A stretch of 62,295 nt of DNA, counting the filler, from Basidioascus undulatus (Eukaryota), in NCBI GenBank assembly GCA_000826855.1. It is 6 parts of 6 records of this genome, joined end to end, with 100 filler letters (N's around TTAATTAATTAA, not from the genome) between each part and the next. Parts side by side here need not be neighbours in the genome. Positions count along the whole stretch, not along the records: positions 10,421 to 20,733 come from JTLS01001147.1; positions 20,834 to 31,139 come from JTLS01001148.1; 4 more parts are not named here. One strand, written 5' to 3'. Each line of letters begins with the position of its first letter. Position 1 is the first letter of the stretch. The position numbers and the translations under genes are program-made. Below, piece after piece: positions 12,320 through 23,363 of the stretch. A model generated the notes under the pieces. The model saw only the letters and a program-made list of their open reading frames with translations, was not told the DNA's origin and searched no databases.

Positions 12320-14346
12320 TAGGAGCAGCAGCCGCGAGCTAAGGCGGCGTTTGTCGTCCTTACGAGGAACGGCGATCTGGTCGTTCTTGGAGAGCATGCG
12401 GGCTATGGAGGACCGGTTCAACAGAAATTTTGGTTGCACGTTCTTTGACCTACTCGTGCTCAATCTGTGCCGTGACCAACGCCTGTTTCTGCAGACGAAT
12501 ATGTCTTCCTGAACGACGAGCCCTTCACCGACGACTTCAAAAATGTACGCTTTCCTGATAATTTCCCCATAGCACACACAGAGTCGTTTTAAACGTCCCG
12601 CTCTTTCTAGCCAAACGCAGGCAATGACCGACGCGCCCTGCCACTACCGTCTCATCCCGCGCCACCACTGGCACCAGCCGGACTGGATCGACGAGGACCG
12701 CGCGGCCAAGGTTCGCAACGAGATGGTCTCCGAACAGGTATTAGGTTGCCTCCCGACACAGCTGCACTTGGTAGTACTCACACGTACACAAACTACAGGT
12801 CATCTACGGACACTCGGTCCCGTACAGGTACGTTGGAAATCTGAGCACGAGCGTAGGCTGCGAAGCTGCGGTGATTGTCGTATACATTCTGTGGCCTGGG
12901 CACACGTAAAGAAACATGGTGAGATTGAGAGCGGGAAAAGGAAGGAAATTGCGTGGGCTGACGGATGGACACGGTTGCCTGTGGCTGTGCAGTGCCGGTG
13001 CGTCGCACGCTGCAGCCGAATGGCAGAATGGCGAACTGTGCGCGCTGATACCTTGTGATGGGACAGATTTAACTCCGGATTCTTCTTCAGACACCCAGTC
13101 CTGGATGCGTACGACTACTACTGGCGCATCGAGTGCGTTTGCCCTTCCCTCCCTCCGCCCGCCCCTGATGTCAACGCCCAATTTACGCCAGGCCTGGGAT
13201 CAAGGTTCGGTTTCTAATTTGCACTGCTATTCATGCATTTGAGTTCACGTAACTTCCCCTCCCTCGGTTCTCAGCTCTTCTGCGACCTCGACTATGACCG
13301 TCCGTCCCTCTCCCTTTTCGCTTACCCTTTCCCGCCCTGCCCATGCCTCTAACAAATCCTGACAATACCACTTCCACGTCTTCAAACCCGCTGGCAGCTT
13401 TCAAGTTCTTTGAAGCAAACGACAAGAACTACGGGTTCATTATCTCGCTGTACGCGTATGCCGAGACGATTACGACGCTGTGGGACACGGTCAACGGTGC
13501 GTCCTTTCACTACCATCTTCCTTCTCTCTCTTTCGCTGGGGCTAGCTCAATCATTGACACTGACTGCGGATACTGGGGGTATATATGGGGAACGCACAGA
13601 GTTCATCAAGACCTAGCCCGAGCTCATCCCGGAGAACAACGCGCTGTCATTCATTTCCGACGACGGTGGGGAGAGGTACAACAACTGTCATTTCTGGGTG
13701 CGTTTGCGAGCGAACCCGTCATTCGGAGAGTAGGGTGGTTGGTCGATTTGTTGCTCTTCGTGTGTGGTCTTCAGAGCAATTTCGAGATCGGTACGCATTG
13801 CACTTCTGCAACCTAGGCAGCGCGCGAGCCGCTCACACGCCCATGGGCGCTTCGCAGGCAACCTCAAGCTCTGGCGCTCGAGGCCTACATGAAGTTCTTT
13901 GACTTCGTCGACAAGAAGGGGGGGTTTCTACTAGAGCGTCCCCGATTCCGTTCCGTGCCTTGCCCTTGGCCTCTCCGGACTGACCTGTCATCCACTCTTA
14001 CAGCGAAGTTTGTTATACATCCCACCACCACCATCTACACCCACCCCCCCTTTCTTGCCGCCGCTGTTCTTTTTGCCTCTCCCGGCTGACCCCTCCTCTA
14101 ATCTATCAGCGCTGGGGCGACGCCCCCGTGCACTCCATCGCCGCCGCACTCTTCTCGCGGCCGGACGATCCACTTCTTCGAGAACATCGGGTGAGCCCTT
14201 AATTTCCGTCTTCCAGGGGAGGCCGAAAAGCGATGGCTTACCCAAGAGAGCCCCCGAGACAGGTACCGCCACGAACCGTTTCAGCACTGCCCGCAGGGCC
14301 CAAAGGCCATCGGGAGGTGCCATTGCGATCCAGGGAACAACTTTGG
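12320..14346 (+). pseudogene. GT15 alpha-1,2-mannosyltransferase (KRE2/KTR/MNT family) pseudogene with introns retained
   Basis: Motifs AAFVVLTRN, SMRAMEDRFN, YVFLNDEPFTDDF, HWHQPDWIDE, VIYGHSVPYRNMCRFNSGFFFRHP, YYWRIEPGIKLFCDLDYDP, YNNCHFWSNFEIG, RWGDAPVHSIAAALF, YRHEPFQHCP; in-frame TAG at 13614-13616; frameshifts near 12380, 13880, 13920-13935, 14160; no N-terminal TM exon found. Confidence 0.88.
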
Positions 14347-14379
14347 TACGTCCACCATTCGATTCGACTTCCATAACAT

Positions 14380-16130
14380 TAGTAGGTCCAGAAGATTTCT
14401 GACTTTTTTGTGGGGTCGCGGCAGACTACGAGGGGTATTCGTGCTTGAAGCGGTACGACGCTCTGTTCCGGCCGCGCGGGCTGTAAGGGAATTTCGTGGG
14501 CGGGCATGGCTGGCCCATGGCGGTGGGGCGGGAGAGGATCTGTTTGAATATCCTGTCTGCCTTGGGACTTTTCGCGAGGAAGGGAGGGGGGAAGTGGACG
14601 TGGCGGAGGCACACGGATTGAGGAGGGTGCTCTGTTGTGATGAGGAGCAGGGATCTGTTGTGATGTTTCTAGGTACCTTGACCTGCATGGTGTATTCTCC
14701 GCACGTGAATTTTTGGGGAAGTCCAGTTACTATGGCGTCCACGCGTATGCATATCCTCAGTTCTGGAAGGGAGGGAAACTGAGCACTGAAGAGCATGCAG
14801 TAATCAGCAACGCCGTCGTAGATTCACCAGATGCAATGCCAACTAGACGCACGCAGTCCTAACCGAGACTGTCTCGAAAGCCGTGTGCGACCTCTCCCGT
14901 GAGATGTTCGGGCCAGGTACGGACGAGTTGCGCGAGGGAAAGGAGTAGGGGGACGTCGCCGGCTCAGGCGCCTGCGCCATCGTGCTCGACGGCTCTTGGG
15001 ATGTGCGCGGAGCCTCCAGTCGCGGCGGGCCGAGCGCGTTATCTGGCCCTTTCCGCGCCCGTTTTCGAAACCCTCTTCGTGCCCCTTCTTGACGACTGTG
15101 CCGCAGGAATCGTATGGGAGCGCGCTCCGTCCAACGAGCGGGCGAATGAATGATTCGTCCTCGTCCTCCTCGAAAGCCTGAGGCGAGAGAGCGTCTGATT
15201 CTGCACGAGAGAGTAGTCTGGATGGGAGCGGAGCTGGACTTCGACAACGCTTCGCTGGGAGAGGAAAGTGAGAGCGCCGCCTCGATAAGAGCTGGGTAGA
15301 GGACGAAGAGCCTTCATCGACATAAGAACGATGCGGAGGCGATACTGATCGACGATGATGCGATACTGATCGACAGGGCGATGAGAGACGACGAGGTGTA
15401 CGACGCGATGTTCCTTCGTTCTCCACGCTATACCCAGGCCTAGATGGCTGGTAACGCGGTGCCGGTTCGAGCTTGAGGAAGCGCGCAGTGAGAGATACGA
15501 ACTTCTCGTGCGATGCGGTCTAACAGCCGAGACGCAGCGTGAGCCTGGTCCGCGTAGGTGACAGTGTAAAACTGCACGAGATCGTCGTGACGCAACGCGC
15601 AGTATCCGACCGAGCCAAAGCCTCGAAGCAGACAGAAGCACCGGGTGGCCGCTCTCTTCTCATACGAGGCGAACATTTCGAAGCCTCTGATGAGCAGCGG
15701 AGGAGCTCGAGGTGGCGGATCGCCGCCGAGTGAGATACGGAGGATAAGCACCCCACGAGACAGAGTAAGGCCGGGTAGGCAAGCGTAAGCCTCGGCTGTG
15801 GTTGTGAAGGTGGTCAAGAGCGTCCACCAGTATTCTGGAACACCCTTGACGCGGACGCACCCAAGCTGGTACAGGAGAACTTGACCGTGGAGCCCTCTCC
15901 AATCGGGTCCGTCGGACGAGGACCTCTACGGATGTCGAGCCTAACAAGGTCATTGTAACACCAGTAAGCAGCGTGATCATGGAGGTATTCCAGAGGATCA
16001 CAACCACACACTTTACCCGTCCGCATTCCCCAGTAGAGGCGAAGGTAGCGAGCAGCTCGGCGTCAGTAACCATCCAGGATTTAGAGGATAGGGCGCGTGA
16101 GGTAGAGATTTTCAAGCCATGCCGGAAATA
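14380..16130 (-). pseudogene. Decayed gene with possible RRM-like segments and an Arg/Ser-rich region
   Basis: VTDAELLATFASTGECGRVK and RGFGSVGYCALR...FYTVTYADQAHAA resemble RRM elements; RS/SP-rich ORF 14824..15426; pieces lie in different frames with stops. Confidence 0.3.
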
Positions 16131-18333
16131 AGTCCTCTGGTCAAGAAGGGAGGGTAGATGACATGTTAAACCGTGGACACTGGGGGGAAACGTGGTGATG
16201 ACGGCAGAAGGGAGAGCGTGCCTGGATGGTTCGCACGCAACACATGCAGATTTTGGCTTTTGCGCTTTTGCTGTCGTTGTCGTTCAAGCCGAATTCAGAG
16301 CGATTGCTGCATCTGGTACATTCAACCTCTGCTTCGGCTTACTTCGTCGGGACGAATATATTAAGATTGAAAAGGTTTTAGATCGACTAAGTTTTGCGGG
16401 ACAGCAGTCATGCGATGATAAAAGGAAGGGTGCGTATGGCCGTCGCTTTCTGGCACCATGGATTGTGTGTGTGTGTGATTGCCGTTCGACGTACCGGATC
16501 TGACCAACATATTTGGGCTTCGATCATGCCATTACACTGCCGCAGTATACCGCTCCAGATCGCTCCTTGTTGAACTGCGCATGCCACTGTACGTAGCGCA
16601 GACTTCAATGGTAGCAGTCCTGCCACTGTCCACCCAGCTGCCTTTCAATAATTGAACCTAGTCATCGTAGCAGGAATGACCCCGAAATGACAGCTCACTT
16701 TTCACGAGAGGCCTAGGGTTGACCCAAGACCGCATCCACACGACTAGCGAAAGCACTCCCCGCGAACGGTACAGCCCGGCAAAAGAAAAGATGCCCTTCA
16801 TGTCGAACGGACGAGCAAAGCAAGAGCACGGTCATTAGTCTGAAGCGCACTAAACGCTCTGCACCTGGCTCCGAACGTACGCGTCCCGGCGCTGGCACAG
16901 GTCTGCGAACGGCATCTTACGGCTCAGCTACTGATCTCAACCGTGGAGGACTGTGGAGAAAGCAGACATGGAAAGAGGCTCATAGTCATGGCGTATCACC
17001 TCTCGTGCTTTTGATACCACATCGTTCTAGATTGTCTCGAGTATCTTGCGGCTCTCCGCACGATAGGGTTGTGGACACCCTCCACCGCCTCCACCTGCAG
17101 CGCTTTTCGCTGCGAATTGAGGCTCTTGAGGAACCGGGTGTAGTCAATCACGTCGCTGCAGTGTTCGAACATCGTTGGTGCTCTGGCGCGGAAGAGCGAC
17201 TCGCCCTCGTCTGTCCAGGTTGGGTTCGGAGGGCGGTCGACTTGAAGAGGTGGCGACGTCGCTTCGGGTAGCGAATCGTTCTTGGAGTCAACTGTTGAGG
17301 CTTGGATCGTGGGCATGTGCCGGTGAGGAGTGGCGCTGGATACTGCAACAGTCGATTGGATCGATAGCGGTGGCGGGTAGAGTGATGGCGAGCAGAGCGG
17401 TTCCGCAAGATTCTGAGACTTGCCGAAACACTGGGGGGCACGCTCGCTTCACAGCTGGAAAACAACTGTTTACCGCCAATTTCCAAGGGTCTTGACAACC
17501 TGTACAAATTACCCTGAACCAGTGTCGCAAGCTACAGCTAGTTTTCTGACCGGCGAAGTGCCACGACAGACTTTCGGATCGCCTAAACGCTTGAAGGCAC
17601 GGCACAATACTCGACCGGTTGGAGGTACTACGCTCGTGTCTCCAAAAGCCTCTTCCAGTCCTTGTCTCATGCTCTCCCCAGCTTGATCACTCTGAAAAGG
17701 CCAGGTATACCGGACTCCCCATAACGCGTCTTTGTGCACTCTGACAACATTCGCATGCACAACCCTTGCAACACGTTATCGCTCATCCTTGCTTTTGCCA
17801 TCAACCTCTCATTTGTTAGGGAACTGAACAGAACAATGTATCTAATGCTAGACAATGTTACAGGCACTCGTGTGGCACCCGTACAGCTGGAGAAGCACAA
17901 CCGCTGCCACAACCGCATTTTCACCGGTCCGTGATCCCTTTGCTTCTGGCCAAATCTACTGTCGCCATTGGTAATAAAATCAGTATCCAGTGTGAACACA
18001 GGCAGGTCATTCACTGCCTATCAGCCATACTTCAATGTTCTACGGAAGTCGCCCCGATCAGACAGCAAGCTTTCACGTCCCACATCCTATCCAGGTAGGA
18101 CAGCGAGTCTATGCGGACTTGGAGTTACCGGCTGCAGATGCTCTTCCAAGCGCTTTTCCTCGTCTTATTCGTCCTCTCTCGGCCTCCGGGGGAAAGTCCC
18201 GCGAGGCATGGCGTGCGCTTTACGCCGCGAGGCCAGCCAGCGCCCCACCGCCAAGCACGAAGAGGAGAAATGCAAAAGTGTTCGTGTCCATGCGAAAATT
18301 CTAAGCGGTCCATCGCCCACTCTGCCTCCCCGC

Positions 18334-20640
18334 TCAGTCGTAAATCTCCGCCATGATGAGCGTCGTGAGCGCCGTCCAGCCCGTAAAGGGGTGACTGTAC
18401 TCTCGCACGATCCATCAGCGCATCGCAGTGAAATGCAGAAGGACGGGAAAGCGCACCTCCGCTGGCCTTTACCCGTCGTCGAGTCGTACTGCTCCCACAC
18501 GTACCCGGTCCGCTCGTACTCCTGCAGCTCCCAAACGATGCGTTGAGCATTGAGCTGATGAGTTGGATGATACGATGAGAATGCAACGCACCTTGAACAC
18601 GTTCCGGATGATGTTATCCCTCAGCTCGTCATAGATTTTCTTCGCGCGCTCCTGGTACGGGCCCTCCTCTCTTGCATACACCTGCCCGCCCAACCCCACC
18701 GCATCAGCATCCTTCCTTTCTGCTTCCAAAAGTGCCACCCGGCCCACGCACGTTATGCAGCGCCCTCAGCGCCATATAGTTCATATGCACCCACACTGGC
18801 CCGCGCCAGTAGTTTTCTCCCTGCCCAAAGAGCGGGTGGCTCGCGCTGAGGCTGCGCAGGCCGTACTCGGACCAGAGGTGCGCCGGGTCGCGCATCAGGT
18901 CGAGCAGCGCGCCGACGTGCGGCGAGGAGGGGGGGAGGAGGTGCAGCAGGAGGGGAAAGAGCGATACGTAGCCCCGGTGGCAGACGTGGTAGGACTCGTC
19001 TGTGGGATGGAAAGCGAGAATGAGCGGGCAGAATCCGGGTGGGGAGAGGGGAAAGGGGAGGGGGGTCGCACCGTCATCGTCGACGGAGGCATCGCAGTAC
19101 ATCTGCTTCTCCTCGCTCCAGTGCAAGTCTGCGGAAACCCATCAGCATCAGCGCCCGACCTCCCTCACCCCACAACCCTACAGCTCACCCTCGATATTCG
19201 CCACAATAGCCTCATAGTTCTTCTCATACTCGTCCAGATCATCCAGCTCGCCCACGAACTCCGCAATCCCCGCCATGGTCTTGGAAAAGCTCGCCATCCA
19301 GCTCGCGAGGTCCAAGTGCAGCTCGCCGACATGGGGCGGGACGGCGCGCGGGTAGTCGTCCAAGCCGCTGGTGAGGACGTGGTCGTGCGTGCGGCCGCGC
19401 CAGCGGTACGCCTCTGTGCGGCTCGTCGCGCGGCGGCCCCACTCCCGGATTTGGCCGCGCTGCGTGGAGCGGAACCAGCGGTAGTGCCGTCGCAGGGCGG
19501 GGTAGATAGAGTAGAGGTAGGACCGCGCGAGGGCGGGGGAGGAGAGGTGCGCGGTGGGGAGGGAAGTTTCCGAGGGGGGGTGGGAGAGGGGGAGCTGCGC
19601 GCTGGGGTTCAGACCGAGCTGCGCGGATAGCGGGTCGGAGGAGGAGGTGCGCAGGCGGTTGATATACGCTGCGATGGCCATGGTGAGGGTTGGCGGGTTC
19701 GCGTAGTGCGGGTACTGCGTTTGGAACTCGGTCGGCACCTGATGCGGGGGCGGGTGAGTGGATGGCGGGCTTTGCTGTGGCTGTGCTAGGGTGGAACGCA
19801 CTCGCGAGCGCGCCTCGTCACCTAGGATTTGCTCGCGCCCGACCCAGCCATCCTCGTCGATGAGCTTGACCCAGTCCTTGAGGATCTCGAGACTGTACGA
19901 AGTGCATTTGAGTATACAAGCGCATGTTAGCAGGTTCTGGTTGGCGCACCTCAGGTCGTTGTCCCACTGCCCAATGATGAGCTGGTGGAAGCCCTCATCC
20001 CTGTCGCGCGCTCCAGTCAGCCTTCCGCTCCCTTCCACCAACAACAACAAAATCATCAAGCGCACCAGTAGAAACCCCTAGGGAAGAACGATCTGCTCGG
20101 CGTCGCCGTAAAAAGACTATTTTGCGGTGTCATCCTCGGCTGTGGCTCGCCGCTCTTCTCGCCCCCGACAAACGCGCCGTCGTCGTCATAGTCATGCACA
20201 AACGAGCGGTCGACGATCGCGGACCCATAGAAGTAGCCGATCCCACCAACCGTGTTGCTCACAACGTCGCGCGCGAACGCGACCTCCTCTGGGGAGAACC
20301 CGCGCGCCCCGAGCTGGAAGGTCGCCTCGAAGCGCGCGTCGTAGGACTCGACGAAGGCGCGCAGGCCTTCGGTGAGGGTGTCCGCTGTGTATTGTTGCCC
20401 GGTGAGTTAGATAACCGGAAGGGGGAGGGCGGGGAAGGACGGACAGTTGAGGGGGGAAGGCGACGAGCCAGAATCGAAGACGATGTCGAACTCGAACGGC
20501 GCGTCGTACGCGCGCTGGAACGCAAAGAGGTTCGCGTTCGTCCGGACTTCGTTGGTGAGCGTATACGCGTACGCAGGGTCCGGCGGGTCGGCGCGCCCGT
20601 ACCGCTGGATCAGGCCGTTCGCGTACTCGACGATGTTCTG
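18334..20640 (-). CDS. CWH41: Mannosyl-oligosaccharide glucosidase I (GH63), 3' part; 5' end lost at contig gap
   Basis: [103 protein letters not shown]...EIYD*. Confidence 0.95.
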
Positions 20641-20733
20641 CTGCAGGAGCTCTGGGGGAAAAAGCAATGCATGAGAATGGTATTTACATAGGAGGATGAA
20701 GGAAAAGGAGGAAGGGGAGGGGGGCGTAAGGGG

Positions 20734-20833
20734 NNNNNNNNNNNNNNNNNNNNNNNNNNNNNNNNNNNNNNNNNNNNTTAATTAATTAANNNNNNNNNNN
20801 NNNNNNNNNNNNNNNNNNNNNNNNNNNNNNNNN
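20734..20833. other. Artificial contig spacer
   Basis: N44-TTAATTAATTAA-N44. Confidence 0.99.
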
Positions 20834-22595
20834 CTTAACTATCTCTCCATCCAGCATCGCCGCGCCCGCATCACCCCCCCCGGTACCCCCCCCGCCTCCG
20901 CCCACGCTGCCTCCGTCCCTGCCGTCCGCCTCTACTCCCAAGCCGACACAGGCTCGCTCTGGTCGTCGCTCAAGCTTGTCATGACGCCCAAGCCGGACGT
21001 CGCCTCCGTCCCGCACAACGTCGTCCTACCGCAGCAAGACGAGCGCGAGGTGTTCAGCTTCCAGGTTGAGGACCTTGGCAACTTCTCGCTCGAGTTCAGC
21101 CTCTACCCGAGCTTCGGGAGCAGGATCATGGGCCGCGCGGTCGCGCTCCCGTCTACGTTCCAGGACGTCGTCAACCAGGCGAGGCACGTCGTCCCGCTGC
21201 TGGACAACCACCTCAAGGTCATCGGCGAGGTGTGTTTTGTTTCGTACCCGGGTCAGTCTCGCTGCGAACGCAGTTTTACTGAATCGCGTGCTCTCGCAGG
21301 TCGCGTTCCAGCTGAGTGTCGTCAAGCCTTTCGAAGGCGTCGAGCTCGCGATGGGCGGCCGCCTCGACACCTACTGGAAGTCGACCGCCCCCTCCAGCTC
21401 CTCCCTCACGCCGTCGCACGCCCACGCACCAACGGCCTCCTCCACGCTCGCGTCTCCCTCCACGCTTTCCCTCGCGCCCGCATCCTCCGCAGCAGCCTCC
21501 ACCACCGCGTCCTCGCTCGTCACGGCCTCGTCCCTCGAGGGCGACTACCTCCGCATCGTCGTGCAGGTCACGCGCGACTTGCAAGCTGTCGCCTACCCAG
21601 ACTGGATCCTCCCTGTGCCGGGCTTGTCGGTCGGGACGGCGGACGTCACCGCTGAGCAGTTTGAGAGGCTCGCGAAGACCGCGGGGAGGACGCTCGAGGA
21701 CGTGATTGCGCGTGCGGGAGGCAGAGATGCACTCGGGACGTCGGCGGCTGCGTGGAATAAGGTCGTTGCGGCTAGCTTGACGCCGCTGTCGACGTTGCTT
21801 GAGGTGCGCATTCACGAAGACGCTCTGATTGCCAGCAGTTTATTGACTATTCCCTCGATTTTTTGTAGACGCTTCCGTCGTCCATAGGCGTCGCGCTCGA
21901 GCTGCGCTACACCGAGTGCGCCGACCGCACCGGGACATCGCACGTCCTCCCCCTTAACGACTTCGTTGACGCCGTCCTTCGCACCGTCTACGCCTCCCTC
22001 CGCACCTCCCCCTCTGCTCCCGTCACTGCGGCTGCAGCAACCTCCGCCCCCGCCGCCTCCGCAAGCCCGTCCCGACGAAGACGACTCGTACTCTCGTCGT
22101 TCGACGCAGACGTCAGCACCGCGCTACAGTGGAAGCAGCCCCACCATGCCGTCTTCTTCGCCGCGAAGTGCGGCCTCGGCGAGCAGGAGGGCGCAGAGGG
22201 CCTGGTGCCTGCCGGCGTCGACTCGGTGCCCCCCTCGTCGCCGAGAAGCGTCCGCCACGTCGTCAAGTTCGCCAAGTCCAACAACCTGCTCGGTGTCCTG
22301 CTGGATGCGCGGATACTGGTGCGTCCTCCCTCCCTAATTTCTCTGCAACTGCCTAGCAGCTCTGACTGACCCTCCGGTCGTGCGTTCTTCTATGTTGCAG
22401 CTCCGCGTTCCCGCCCTCCTCCAAGCGGTCAAAGAGTCCGGGCTCATGCTTGCGACTTTCGGACGCGCCGACGATGTCGCCGCGCTGCGTCAGCTGCGGA
22501 CGACGGGCTCGATGGCCGTTCCCGCGGAGGCGGGTACCGGCCTCGACGCTTGCCTAGTGGATGGGGTCCTGTCCTGCTTCGCTAGCGGGAGTTAA
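20834..22595 (+). CDS. PHO81: PHO81/NUC-2-like CDK inhibitor, C-terminal degenerate GDPD-like part; 5' end (SPX/ankyrin) lost at gap
   Basis: FSLYPSFGSRIMGRAVALP, LDTYWKST, SLEGDYLRIVVQVTRD, LNDFVDAVLRTVY, LSSFDADVSTALQWKQP, VKFAKSNNLLG, VPALLQAVKESGLMLATFG; lacks the GHRG catalytic motif expected in Gde1. Confidence 0.8.
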
Positions 22596-23363
22596 ATGGA
22601 AACGCAGGGGCATCCGGATCTGATTGTCTAATGGAGCTTTGACTTGAACTTTGACTGGGTTTATGCGATGTACGTGCTGTGCGGGCAGGCAGAAGACTAC
22701 GGTGCGAGAGCTCCGATAACCGTCGACATTTCATCTTGTCGCCAGCACACATCTTCAGTTACATAGAACGGAAACCTGTTTCGAAACTTGGAAAGTCTGA
22801 ATTCTGCGACTCCGATGGGTTCATGTTCGTCACCGGCCGAACGCAATGGTGAGGTTCAAAAGACTACCGAGTTGACCAACTCGCATGACCCCGGTTCGTT
22901 TCGAAACTGAGATCTCACGCATATATGCTGATTGGGAATATGAAGGCTTATCTATTATATTTAACCCAACAGGGATCTCAACAGGTTTTGGTTGTCTTCT
23001 AAACTCCTCCGTGCGCGGCACCTGACCAGCCAGTTGGTTCGGGAGAAATGGACGAAACCTGTGAGCACGAAACAGGATTTGAAACACATACACAATTTAG
23101 TGCACCACTTCTGGATAAACTTCTTAAGCAGGAGTCATTTCTGTCCCATGCCGAGCCGTCGCTGCAAGCCTGAGCGAGAGCCAACGCAGCGGGCAGTTTG
23201 GAGCTAGCTGGCTCGCAACTGCGTCTTGGAAAAGCGAAGTTGTATCCGTGGCAGTCGTGATTTGCAATAACGCTCCATACAATAATACAGCCCAATTGTG
23301 AAGCCCTCTAGTGGTCCGTGAGCACGAACCCATTGAAAGTGCACCTGAAAGGTCAAAGCGTGA

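Noticed and set aside
13614..13616. TAG readthrough or alternative genetic code in the GT15 gene
   Set aside because: The same gene has several frameshifts, and intact genes here (lysophospholipase, AhpC-like, DUF155) terminate at TAG.
16700..18300. Short ORFs between the decayed RRM-like gene and CWH41
   Set aside because: No recognisable motif or consistent exon chain could be built.
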